This document shows, piece by piece, positions 23,663 through 31,818 of a stretch of 62,308 bases of DNA; position 1 is the first letter of the stretch, and every line of letters begins with the position of its first letter. Both the position numbers and the translations under genes were made by a program. The stretch comes from a virus (Duplodnaviria; Caudoviricetes): IMG/VR virus record IMGVR_UViG_3300037797_000094, positions 1 through 62,308 of that record; one strand, 5' to 3'. The notes under the pieces were generated by a model. That model worked only from the letters and a program-made list of their open reading frames with translations, had not been told where the DNA came from and did not search any database.

Positions 23663-26087
23663 TGAAGATGCTAGGCTTAAAGTCTGGGAGCCTTATAGGA
23701 ATAAAGATTGTGAACTATGCCCACTTCATGAGTCGGCACAATCTGTATGTCTCATGGGAGATGGGCCTGTTCCGAGCCGAATCATGCTCGTCGGTGAAGC
23801 ACCAGGGTTTCGTGAAGACGAGATTTCTAAACCTTTCGCCGGTGCTGCCGGTAGATATCTCGATACAGTACTGGCAGAGGTGGGATTGCCAAGGGCATCC
23901 GTATTCATTACGAATGCTAACAAGTGTCGACCTCCAGAGAACCGAACACCCACAAAGAAAGAGATCAAGGCTTGCCGTCCTTACTTGGACTTGGAGCTAC
24001 AGGCAGTACAACCTGACTTTGTGGTCCCTCTGGGGAACGTTGCATTAGAATCAATCACCGGCCGTAAGGGGATCATGAAGGCACGCGGTGCCATCATGGA
24101 GCACAATGGATACAAGATACTCCCAACTCTACATCCTGCAGCTATCCTCAGGAATCCGGGCTGGGAGCCGCTCTTCAAAGCAGATCTCCAACTACTGGCA
24201 AGGGCTGTTTCTGGTCTTGATGAGCGACCTAAGACTCAGGTGTTTGCAGTTAGATCAGCAAAGAGTCTTCGAATATTCCTCAAAAAGTTGGAAGGGGTTA
24301 CAACTCCTATTGCCTTTGATGTAGAAACTTGGGCACCTAGCGAAAAAGGCGGGCTTGATTCCTGGCATCCTAAAGGTATTATTCTGACTTGTTCTTTTAC
24401 TTGGGAAGAGGGCACCAGCTATGTAGTTCTTCTTGAGCACCCAGAACAACAGTGGGATATCCCGATCACCACAGTCTACCAGTCTCTTAATGTAGCTCTG
24501 GAAGGCAAGCGGATGGTCGGTCATAACGTCAAGTTTGATATGAAATGGATGAGAAGAAAAGGTGTCTTCCTCAAAGCGTCGTTCGACACCATGCTTGCCG
24601 CACATCTCCTTGATGAGAATAGGCCGCTCGGACTCAAGCCGCTTTCTCGTATGTTCCTCGGTGCCGACGAATATGAGGGACAGATTGAATTCGACACTCC
24701 ACACCAACTGGGTGATTTGGCAATCTACAACGGGAAGGATACTGACTACACCTTTCGACTCTATCATAATTTTAGAGAAGAGCTCAAGAAAAGACCGCGC
24801 CTACTCAGACTCTTCAAGCTCCTGGTAATGCCCGCGTGCAATGCATTCACAGAAATTGAATCATATGGATTTCCTGTGGATGTAGGAAGATTGAAGAAAA
24901 GAAATGATAACATCATTAAGAAGATTGCAATTACGGAGAGAAAACTTCTAAGATTCATTGATAAGAAAGATAGACCACCTGTCTACAATTTTAGAGCTTC
25001 ATCCTTCTTGACTTGGTACTTCTTTGAATATCTAGAACTACCTATCCTAGAATACACTCCTAAAGCTAATAAGCCATCAACTAAAGAAGCAGTTCTTTTA
25101 AAGTTGAGAGATAAACATCCATCAGTAGGGTTACTTATGGAACTCAGAAAGTGGATGAAGTATGAGTCGACCTATACAAGGAATTGGTTGGCTAGAATTC
25201 GAAGTGCTGGCCGAGCACGTATTTACACTTCCTACAATATATCCGGAACGGTTACTGGGCGTCTTTCATCTGACATGCAACAGGTGCCACGTAACATTCT
25301 CATTCGAAGTATCATCGGCATATCGACAAACTCTAATAAGCGGAGAAAAGGTGAGAGTCGCCAAGAACGTCGCTTTGTGGAGGCTGACTTCTCACAAATC
25401 GAGCTACGAATTGCCGCCATGTTCTCCCGTGACCCGTCCCTCATTAAAGCCTTCAGGTCAGGGGGAGATCCTCATCTCGAAACAGCAGCTACAGTTACGG
25501 GAAAAGCACCTGAGAGAATTACCAAAGAAGAACGAAAGATGGCCAAAGCAGTAAACTTTGGTTTCCTTTATGGGATGGGTTCTAGAAAATTCCGAGTATA
25601 TGCTGATGAGAAATATGGTGTGAAAGTTACAGAAAGTGAGGCCGCAGATTACCGAAAAGCCTTCTTCAGTCAATATCGAGGTCTTCTACCTTGGCACGAC
25701 CGACAGAGGAGAATCGTTAGAAATCTCGGACACGTTGTCTCACCGATTGGCCGAGTTAGACATCTTCCTTCTATTGAATCATCAGACGAAGGTTTACAAG
25801 CTGCGGCGGAACGAGAAGCCATCAACTCACCGGTTCAAGGGCTCGCCTCCGATCTTACTGTTCTTTCGATGGTCCTACTTCATGAACGACTGGATGGTAA
25901 TCGTGGACGAGTCATTGGCAATGTTCACGATTCCATCCTCTTTGAAATCGACGATAATTACACTGCCGAGGCAACTAAGATCATAAAAGAGACGATGGAG
26001 AATCTACCTCTCAAGAGGTATTTTGGGTGGCAGCCTACTGTTCCTATTCAAGTTGAAGTAAGTGTATCAGACCATTGGGGAGAATAG
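23655..26087 (+). CDS. Family A DNA polymerase with N-terminal family-4 uracil-DNA glycosylase domain and 3'-5' exonuclease
   Basis: CxxC, GEAPG, KCRPP, HPAA (UDG4); DVET, HNVKFD, YNGKD (exonuclease); TGRLSS, DFSQIELR, RKMAKAVNFGFLYG, VHDS (PolA). Confidence 0.95.
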   Translation: MVSEDARLKVWEPYRNKDCELCPLHESAQSVCLMGDGPVPSRIMLVGEAPGFREDEISKPFAGAAGRYLDTVLAEVGLPRASVFITNANKCRPPENRTPTKKEIKACRPYLDLELQAVQPDFVVPLGNVALESITGRKGIMKARGAIMEHNGYKILPTLHPAAILRNPGWEPLFKADLQLLARAVSGLDERPKTQVFAVRSAKSLRIFLKKLEGVTTPIAFDVETWAPSEKGGLDSWHPKGIILTCSFTWEEGTSYVVLLEHPEQQWDIPITTVYQSLNVALEGKRMVGHNVKFDMKWMRRKGVFLKASFDTMLAAHLLDENRPLGLKPLSRMFLGADEYEGQIEFDTPHQLGDLAIYNGKDTDYTFRLYHNFREELKKRPRLLRLFKLLVMPACNAFTEIESYGFPVDVGRLKKRNDNIIKKIAITERKLLRFIDKKDRPPVYNFRASSFLTWYFFEYLELPILEYTPKANKPSTKEAVLLKLRDKHPSVGLLMELRKWMKYESTYTRNWLARIRSAGRARIYTSYNISGTVTGRLSSDMQQVPRNILIRSIIGISTNSNKRRKGESRQERRFVEADFSQIELRIAAMFSRDPSLIKAFRSGGDPHLETAATVTGKAPERITKEERKMAKAVNFGFLYGMGSRKFRVYADEKYGVKVTESEAADYRKAFFSQYRGLLPWHDRQRRIVRNLGHVVSPIGRVRHLPSIESSDEGLQAAAEREAINSPVQGLASDLTVLSMVLLHERLDGNRGRVIGNVHDSILFEIDDNYTAEATKIIKETMENLPLKRYFGWQPTVPIQVEVSVSDHWGE

Positions 26088-26092
26088 GAACC

Positions 26093-26121
26093 TTGACAAA
26101 GGCACTGGGATATTTTAATAT
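26093..26121 (+). promoter_or_regulatory. Promoter, probably producing a leaderless mRNA
   Basis: TTGACA-17 nt-TAATAT; ATG 26128 begins 7 nt after the -10 element. Confidence 0.7.
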
Positions 26122-26127
26122 AGAGGT

Positions 26128-27180
26128 ATGACCAGAATGACGGAGGAGGTCCTTTCTGTAAGCTGGTCGCAAGTGAAGACCAGACAACGATGTGAGAAGA
26201 AGTGGGCTTACAAGTACAGAGAACACTTGCAGCCCAAGATGAAGAAACGTGCTCCTCACCTAGGTAGCTGGATACACCGAGCTCTTGAGACATACCACAA
26301 AGAGGGTGACTGGAAGATTGGCCACAGAGAATATGTAGCTGAATACGAGAAGCTCTTTGATGAGGAGAAAGAGGCACTCAGCCGTGGCCGAAAGAAGAAG
26401 GGTGGATGGACTCCACTTCCTGAGCAAGCTGCCAGTATTATCAAGTCCTATATCTGGTATTACAGACACGACGGTTGGAAGGTGGTTGCTGCCGAGAAAG
26501 AGTTTGAGATTGAAATTGGTAGGTTTACAGATGGTAATCGCGCAATCATTGTTATGGCGAATGGAATCATCGATTTCATCGTTGAAGACGAAGAAGAAGA
26601 AACCTACTGGGTTGTAGATACCAAGTCAACTGGTACAATTCCAGATCCAGGTGCCTTCCATGCCATGGATCCACAACTTATGATCTACCCTGTGGGAGCA
26701 AAACTCGATCCAAGCATTGGTATAGAAGTCTCTGGAATCATCTATGATTATATTAAATCTAAGCCGCCTACTATACCTCAACTTACTGCTAAAACTAAGC
26801 AATTTTCCAGACGGAAGATTAATACAGACTACCCGACCGCATTAAGGTTCCTCAAAGCTAATGGATTTGATCCAGCAGACTTTAGTGATTTTCTACAGCC
26901 TCTCCGAAGAAAATCTCCCTTTCTCAAGCGATACCGTCTACCTCGCGAACCGCAAGTAACGAAGACAATCATTAAAGACTTCGTTCGTACTGCCCAAGAG
27001 ATCTATAAGTCTCGTAAGAGGAAGCACCATGTTCGCAATATCACCAAAGACTGTTCCACGATGTGTGAGTATCTGGATATCTGTCGTGGAGAACTTAATG
27101 GAATGAATATGGAGCATCTAAAGAAAACTATGTTCACGATTAGAGAGAAGAAAGATAGTGGCGACCCAACTGAAGGCTAA
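26128..27180 (+). CDS. PD-(D/E)XK exonuclease (Cas4/RecB-like)
   Basis: SWS..C; GSWIH; GIIDF...VVDTKS; QLMIY; C-terminal Cys cluster. Confidence 0.85.
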   Translation: MTRMTEEVLSVSWSQVKTRQRCEKKWAYKYREHLQPKMKKRAPHLGSWIHRALETYHKEGDWKIGHREYVAEYEKLFDEEKEALSRGRKKKGGWTPLPEQAASIIKSYIWYYRHDGWKVVAAEKEFEIEIGRFTDGNRAIIVMANGIIDFIVEDEEEETYWVVDTKSTGTIPDPGAFHAMDPQLMIYPVGAKLDPSIGIEVSGIIYDYIKSKPPTIPQLTAKTKQFSRRKINTDYPTALRFLKANGFDPADFSDFLQPLRRKSPFLKRYRLPREPQVTKTIIKDFVRTAQEIYKSRKRKHHVRNITKDCSTMCEYLDICRGELNGMNMEHLKKTMFTIREKKDSGDPTEG

Positions 27181-28021
27181 CGCCAAGAAACGAGTTAAGG
27201 CTTCTGCCAGGCAAGAAGCAAGTGCAGCTAAGGCAGCCAAACGAATCCATTCAGTTAAAGCTGGTAGATATTTCTTCAAAGGTCTTATCTACGCTCGTGG
27301 GAAGATGGGCAAGACAACCTTTGGAGCATCAGGTGGAGCAATTGGCCTCAAAACATTGATCATTGATTTCAATGAAGAAGGGCAGATTGCAGTAAACAAA
27401 CAACCTAATGTAGATGTATATACAGTTGAGTACTGGGATGAACTCGACTGGATCTATTGGTATCTGAGATCAGGTAAGCACGACTACAAAGTTGTGGTAC
27501 TTGATACCGTCACCAGCATGGCATCTATCTGCATGAAGTGGGTGCTTGGCGATCTAGAAAGCCGAGATGCCAACCGAGAACCAATGATCCCAGACAAGCG
27601 GGCATGGGGCAAGCTTGGAGAGCTTATGAAGTTAAGAATTGTTGACTTCAGAAATCTTCCAATGCATGTAGTCTTTACCGCCCATGAGAGAACTACCACA
27701 GTGGAGGACGAAGAAACTGATGCCGTCTTTACTGAAGTTGTTCCTTCTCTCTCACCAGCCCCGCGCGAGGCACTTATTGGAGCAGTACATCTTATTGGGA
27801 GGCTCTTTACCCGTGAAGTAGAAGTCAAAAGTAAGAAGTCAGGGAAGACAAGAAGGATCTCAGAACGGAGGTTACTTATCGGTCCTGATCCTAAGTATGT
27901 CAGTGGTATTCGACTGGACAAGGATGCCAAGGTTCAACCGCCTAGGGTAGTTCGTAACCCAACACTAGGCTATTTCATCGACCTGATGATTCCACAGAAG
28001 GAGAATCAAGTTGGCGGTTAA
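27158..28021 (+). CDS. AAA_24/Sak4-like recombination ATPase
   Basis: YARGKMGKTT; VVLDT; VVFTAHE. Confidence 0.82.
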   Translation: MATQLKANAKKRVKASARQEASAAKAAKRIHSVKAGRYFFKGLIYARGKMGKTTFGASGGAIGLKTLIIDFNEEGQIAVNKQPNVDVYTVEYWDELDWIYWYLRSGKHDYKVVVLDTVTSMASICMKWVLGDLESRDANREPMIPDKRAWGKLGELMKLRIVDFRNLPMHVVFTAHERTTTVEDEETDAVFTEVVPSLSPAPREALIGAVHLIGRLFTREVEVKSKKSGKTRRISERRLLIGPDPKYVSGIRLDKDAKVQPPRVVRNPTLGYFIDLMIPQKENQVGG

Positions 28022-28586
28022 GAAGAGTAAGAAGACAAAGACTGCTCAGAAGCCTCGTAAGATGCAGATTGACTTCACCGGAGTCGAGGGAAAGAAACGA
28101 GCACGTCGAATCCCTGAAGGTGACTACCTCATGAAGATTACTGACTGGGAGGTAGACCATAAGAAGGATGATGATTCTAATAAGTTCTTGAAGATCTACT
28201 ATGAGATTGAACAAGGGCCAACTGAAGGGAAGTGGGATGAAATCTTCAATCTGGGCAAAACCTCTCTGTGGCGTTTGAGGAATTTCCTGGAGGCCCTTGG
28301 ATTTAAGATCCCGTCTAAGGCGATCATGGTACCTTTCGAAAAACTCCCTAATAAGAAAGTTGCCATGACCGTAGCTGATGATGAATACGAGGGTAAGACC
28401 AAGTCTAAGGCTGTGGATTACTTCTCGGCTAAGGACTATGAGGCTCTTGCCTCAGAAGACGAAGATGAAGAAGATGCTGAAGAGGCTGTAACTTCAGACG
28501 ATGAAGATGAAGAGGAGGAAGAGGAAACTGATGAAGATGAAGACGAAGATGAAGAGCTCGAGCTAGTTGACGACGAAGACATCTGA
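28011..28586 (+). CDS. Putative ssDNA-binding protein (DUF669-like) with acidic tail
   Basis: IPEGDY...LWRLRNFLEALG...EYEGK pattern; D/E tail; follows Sak4-like gene. Confidence 0.75.
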   Translation: MAVKKSKKTKTAQKPRKMQIDFTGVEGKKRARRIPEGDYLMKITDWEVDHKKDDDSNKFLKIYYEIEQGPTEGKWDEIFNLGKTSLWRLRNFLEALGFKIPSKAIMVPFEKLPNKKVAMTVADDEYEGKTKSKAVDYFSAKDYEALASEDEDEEDAEEAVTSDDEDEEEEEETDEDEDEDEELELVDDEDI

Positions 28587-28604
28587 ATCAGCTGGTTCAA
28601 TGAA

Positions 28605-28646
28605 TGGTCGTGGTGGTCTGGCCAGTCCGACCGGCCATCACGACCA
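28605..28646 (+). terminator. GC-rich hairpin after the SSB-like gene
   Basis: TGGTCGTGGTGGTC/GGCCATCACGACCA stem; no U-tract. Confidence 0.45.
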
Positions 28647-28727
28647 CCATCATGAGGCTACTGGACGGCCCGTGAGTAATCTTAGGTATATGGTCCCGAC
28701 AAGGGACTAGGCCATAATTAGTAAGGA

Positions 28728-29054
28728 TTGTTGACTATGGCCTCAGGAACACTCGAAGCTCCCATTACCAAGAAGATTCAGAGGAAACTCAAGGCAATGG
28801 GAGCATTTCAGTATAAGACTCACGGAGCTGCTGATCAGCGTCGTGGTCTACCAGATATCATATGTTGTTATCAAGGTTACTTCGTGGGCTTGGAAGTGAA
28901 GCGGCCCGGAAGACGAGCCACTCCACTCCAAGCCTTCACGCTCGAGCAGATACGCCAAGCTGGCGGCATAGCAGGCGTTGTCCACTCTGTTGAAGAAGCG
29001 CTGGAGCTCCTCCAGAGCGTGCCCGGATCCTCAGGCGGAGGACCCAAGGATTAA
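28728..29054 (+). CDS. VRR-NUC domain nuclease (possible resolvase)
   Basis: GLPDII; GLEVKRP; TPLQ; AGGIAGVVHS. Confidence 0.88.
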   Translation: MLTMASGTLEAPITKKIQRKLKAMGAFQYKTHGAADQRRGLPDIICCYQGYFVGLEVKRPGRRATPLQAFTLEQIRQAGGIAGVVHSVEEALELLQSVPGSSGGGPKD

Positions 29055-29060
29055 CCGGGA

Positions 29061-29360
29061 TTAATCTCCACTGCCCTCGATCCCAGTTGGTCCGGGCGGT
29101 GACGGTTGGATGACGACTTTATCCTCGCTGCCCTTCACGCTGACACTGGTACCAGCTGATAGGACCGGATCATTAATCGGTGTAGTTCTTGTGTTAGCTA
29201 AGAAGGCAATGAACACCGATAAGAATGAAGTTGCAGCACCAAGAATCGTGGCTACCACAGTTGGATCCAATTCAGTTAATGTTACGGTCATTACTTGAAC
29301 TAGTCCAGCTGCAGCGACGATAAGAGCAGTCCACTGAACCGTTGAGCGTCCAAGAATCAT
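29061..29360 (-). CDS. Putative holin (two TM segments)
   Basis: Two hydrophobic helices; adjacent to the endolysin candidate. Confidence 0.65.
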   Translation of the reverse strand: MILGRSTVQWTALIVAAAGLVQVMTVTLTELDPTVVATILGAATSFLSVFIAFLANTRTTPINDPVLSAGTSVSVKGSEDKVVIQPSPPGPTGIEGSGD

Positions 29361-29370
29361 TCATTTTCTC

Positions 29371-30312
29371 CTATTCTGGTAGTGGTGGTGCGGCAGCTCG
29401 CCAAGCCGCAATCGCCTGCCAGCGCAAGCGTTCAGCGTTAGCGGCTTGTTGCTTCTCCGCTGTACAGTCACTCTGAGCCGGCGACTCGTCAATCTCCACA
29501 GCATGATGCGGCACGTACAACCCGGCGAACACCCCATTGATAGTTTCAACGTAACGATATGGAGAGCCGTCCTTCTGAAGAGGGATGTTGTCGCCATTGA
29601 TCTCAACTAGTGCTGTAGCCTCAGCACCTGAGCCAGTGGCTATCTCGCGGCTCACTTTGGCTGTCTTGCTCGTACCATCATAGCCGTTGATGATAGCCGT
29701 CTTCTTGGCTTTCCAGTGCCGTGGCGCTTCAAAGCGAACGATGTCCTTGACGATGTTCACGCGCTGATCCTCTACTGTAGTAAACTCACCTGCTAGTGCT
29801 TCACGAGCATCGCTAGGTATCCAGGCGAAGGTGAGTGCCGTAACTACATTAGTTTCGTCGCCGCCATAACCCATAGGTGCTAGTGGATCGAGCCATCGAA
29901 TGCGGCCAGCACCGAGCGGGATAACACAGACGGCATGACCACCCTCAAATGATGGCTGCCACTTACGCAGCGGATGATTAATTGGCAGAGATTTGTACGA
30001 GCCAGCCATCGCCAGAGCTCTACCTGGGGTGGACAATGCCTTCTCAAGCCCAGTTCTGGATCCATCAGCGATGCGCCGCAACTTTAACCCATAGCGAGCG
30101 AAGCTGCCACGATCAATGATCGGAAAGGTTGAGCCGCCAGCCACAGGATCTGGCCCACCAGCTGAATCTAATGCTTCTCTTTCCTCAATGGTATAGGCGC
30201 CCAGCGGGAAAGCAGAGAAGCCTCCATACAGCAACGTCATTAGGTATGACGATTCAGTGCAGTCGTCCCAGCGTGGGAAAGCATCACGCTCAGACCAGAC
30301 ATTAACTACCAT
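29371..30312 (-). CDS. Putative endolysin, papain-like (C39-like) cysteine peptidase
   Basis: Cys (DDCTES), His (GGHAVCV) and Asp (WLDPL) in triad order; lysis-cassette position. Confidence 0.65.
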   Translation of the reverse strand: MVVNVWSERDAFPRWDDCTESSYLMTLLYGGFSAFPLGAYTIEEREALDSAGGPDPVAGGSTFPIIDRGSFARYGLKLRRIADGSRTGLEKALSTPGRALAMAGSYKSLPINHPLRKWQPSFEGGHAVCVIPLGAGRIRWLDPLAPMGYGGDETNVVTALTFAWIPSDAREALAGEFTTVEDQRVNIVKDIVRFEAPRHWKAKKTAIINGYDGTSKTAKVSREIATGSGAEATALVEINGDNIPLQKDGSPYRYVETINGVFAGLYVPHHAVEIDESPAQSDCTAEKQQAANAERLRWQAIAAWRAAAPPLPE

Positions 30313-30696
30313 CTAAATACCTTCTGGACTAGGACTGGGCAGTGGACTAGTCATCATAAATGCACCAGCACTAACTTTAATCTGCTCCGGTACTATTGGA
30401 AGAAGTACTTTAAATCTGTGGGTAATCACTATTTCGATTACTCCATCAACCAGACTACATTCTACTTCATCCGGAATGTATCCAAGGAATTGGGCAGTTC
30501 TATTTCTAACACCTAAGCAACCATTCTCTTGAGCAACTGCAATGGCAGTTTGCTGGACAGCATGTTGCATACCACTGCGATTAAAGATGACCTGTCCAAT
30601 TGCAGCACCACCTAGGATTACGAACAGCATGAGAGACAACACTAAGGCGAACTCTACCATCGCCTGTCCCCTACTTGGCAGGTACGGGCTTACCAT
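30313..30696 (-). CDS. tadE: TadE-like pseudopilin
   Basis: RG|QAMVEFALVLSLMLFVILG prepilin motif (Gly-1, Glu+5); GGAG RBS before ATG 30696; two Cys in the soluble domain. Confidence 0.85.
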   Translation of the reverse strand: MVSPYLPSRGQAMVEFALVLSLMLFVILGGAAIGQVIFNRSGMQHAVQQTAIAVAQENGCLGVRNRTAQFLGYIPDEVECSLVDGVIEIVITHRFKVLLPIVPEQIKVSAGAFMMTSPLPSPSPEGI

Positions 30697-30919
30697 TCGA
30701 AGTCTCCAGCAGTTCATCGATGGCCGTGGCCATGGCCACCACCAGCGCCCTAATGGATGAGATTTGTGTTCGCAGCCGGTCAACTAGAGGCTTCAGACCT
30801 TCCGCTTCTAGTCCACGTACCACCTCCTCTAGAGCGTCAACCTCTTTCTCAAGAGCGTCGCGCCGAGCTTCTAATGCAGTAATATGATCCTTATATCCTT
30901 GCTCATCCATAGTTTCCAC
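30671..30919 (-). CDS. Coiled-coil protein between flp and tadE
   Basis: Heptad-like pattern; tightly packed between neighbours. Confidence 0.65.
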   Translation of the reverse strand: METMDEQGYKDHITALEARRDALEKEVDALEEVVRGLEAEGLKPLVDRLRTQISSIRALVVAMATAIDELLETSNGKPVPAK

Positions 30920-30921
30920 AC

Positions 30922-31083
30922 TTACGGCGATGGCGGCGCGTTCTGAATCGTCTCGCCGATGTTGTCGAAAAGGCCAGACACGATCGGTCCAAGGAAGATG
31001 AGAGCAGCGATAACGACCACGGCAATGAGCGCCAGCAGCAGGCCATACTCAACAAGGGTTTGCCCTCGTGGATCCTTAAACAT
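30922..31083 (-). CDS. flp: Flp/Fap type IVc pilin (not in ORF track)
   Basis: Hand translation MFKDPRG|QTLVEYGLLLALIAVVVIAALIFLGPIVSGLFDNIGETIQNAPPSP; G|xxxxEY Flp motif; AGGAG RBS. Confidence 0.92.
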   Translation of the reverse strand: MFKDPRGQTLVEYGLLLALIAVVVIAALIFLGPIVSGLFDNIGETIQNAPPSP

Positions 31084-31092
31084 CAAAGTCTC

Positions 31093-31203
31093 CTAATAAA
31101 ACTGTTGGCATGGATTGAACATCCAATTAAGGATAAAATTAGAGATTAATATTGCCGCGAAAACCGTAACAAGTAGGCGGAATCCGAAGCCTATACTATG
31201 CAT
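31093..31203 (-). CDS. Small single-TM peptide (not in ORF track)
   Basis: Hand translation MHSIGFGFRLLVTVFAAILISNFILNWMFNPCQQFY; overlaps upstream stop. Confidence 0.5.
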   Translation of the reverse strand: MHSIGFGFRLLVTVFAAILISNFILNWMFNPCQQFY

Positions 31204-31582
31204 CTTTAACTGTGGCACCAGTTTCAGTTTCAATGATTTTTACAACAGCTCCTCTAGTAAGTACTATTTGATTAGGATCACTTCCTCTGAAGTTATAATG
31301 ATAGTGTTCTGAACCCTTCAAACGACCAATGATTCTAGATCCCAAAGAGTAAGCAACATTTTGTTCCATTACTTGCAAGATTTCTCGCAGTTCTTCCTCA
31401 CTAGCTTTAGGATTATCCTTTATCCACAGTAGAGCTTGTTCTGCTCCCGGAGAGAGTCGCTTCTTCCCAATCATTACCATAGACATCTTTCCAGACGCTT
31501 CCGATAGCGTTCTGATAGGCATTGACAGCCGCTTCAGCAACCCTGAGGGCCTTCTGACATTGCTTGTGCTCTCGTTCATCAA
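31196..31582 (-). CDS. Hypothetical protein (start probably internal)
   Basis: Fills operon. Confidence 0.55.
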   Translation of the reverse strand: MMNESTSNVRRPSGLLKRLSMPIRTLSEASGKMSMVMIGKKRLSPGAEQALLWIKDNPKASEEELREILQVMEQNVAYSLGSRIIGRLKGSEHYHYNFRGSDPNQIVLTRGAVVKIIETETGATVKDA

Positions 31583-31790
31583 TTTCCATTTCTGTTGTCG
31601 CTATTCTCAGATCAGTTCTTAAATTAGTAATGACTCTTCGTTGAGTTTCTATAGTTTCTGTTTTCAAATGGTCTAAATACTTCTGAGCTTCTTGAATAAC
31701 CTTCTGTCTGAAGTAGAAGAAACCGAATGCCGCAGTAATAACGGTGGAAAGGGCACCAAGAATTCCGAGGATCTCTGAAGTACTTAGCAA
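31413..31790 (-). CDS. Membrane-anchored coiled-coil protein (holin or lysis accessory candidate)
   Basis: N-terminal TM followed by coiled coil; AGGAG RBS. Confidence 0.65.
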   Translation of the reverse strand: MLSTSEILGILGALSTVITAAFGFFYFRQKVIQEAQKYLDHLKTETIETQRRVITNLRTDLRIATTEMEIDEREHKQCQKALRVAEAAVNAYQNAIGSVWKDVYGNDWEEATLSGSRTSSTVDKG

Positions 31791-31818
31791 TCTTCTCCTT
31801 TCAAACTACCATAGACTC

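Noticed and set aside
26128-27180. Cas4-like gene as part of a CRISPR-Cas system
   Set aside because: No cas1/cas2 or array; it sits with Sak4-like and SSB-like genes as a standard phage recombination module
30697-30783. N-terminal extension of the TadE ORF given in the ORF track
   Set aside because: It overlaps the coiled-coil gene; ATG 30696 has an RBS and gives a normal short prepilin leader
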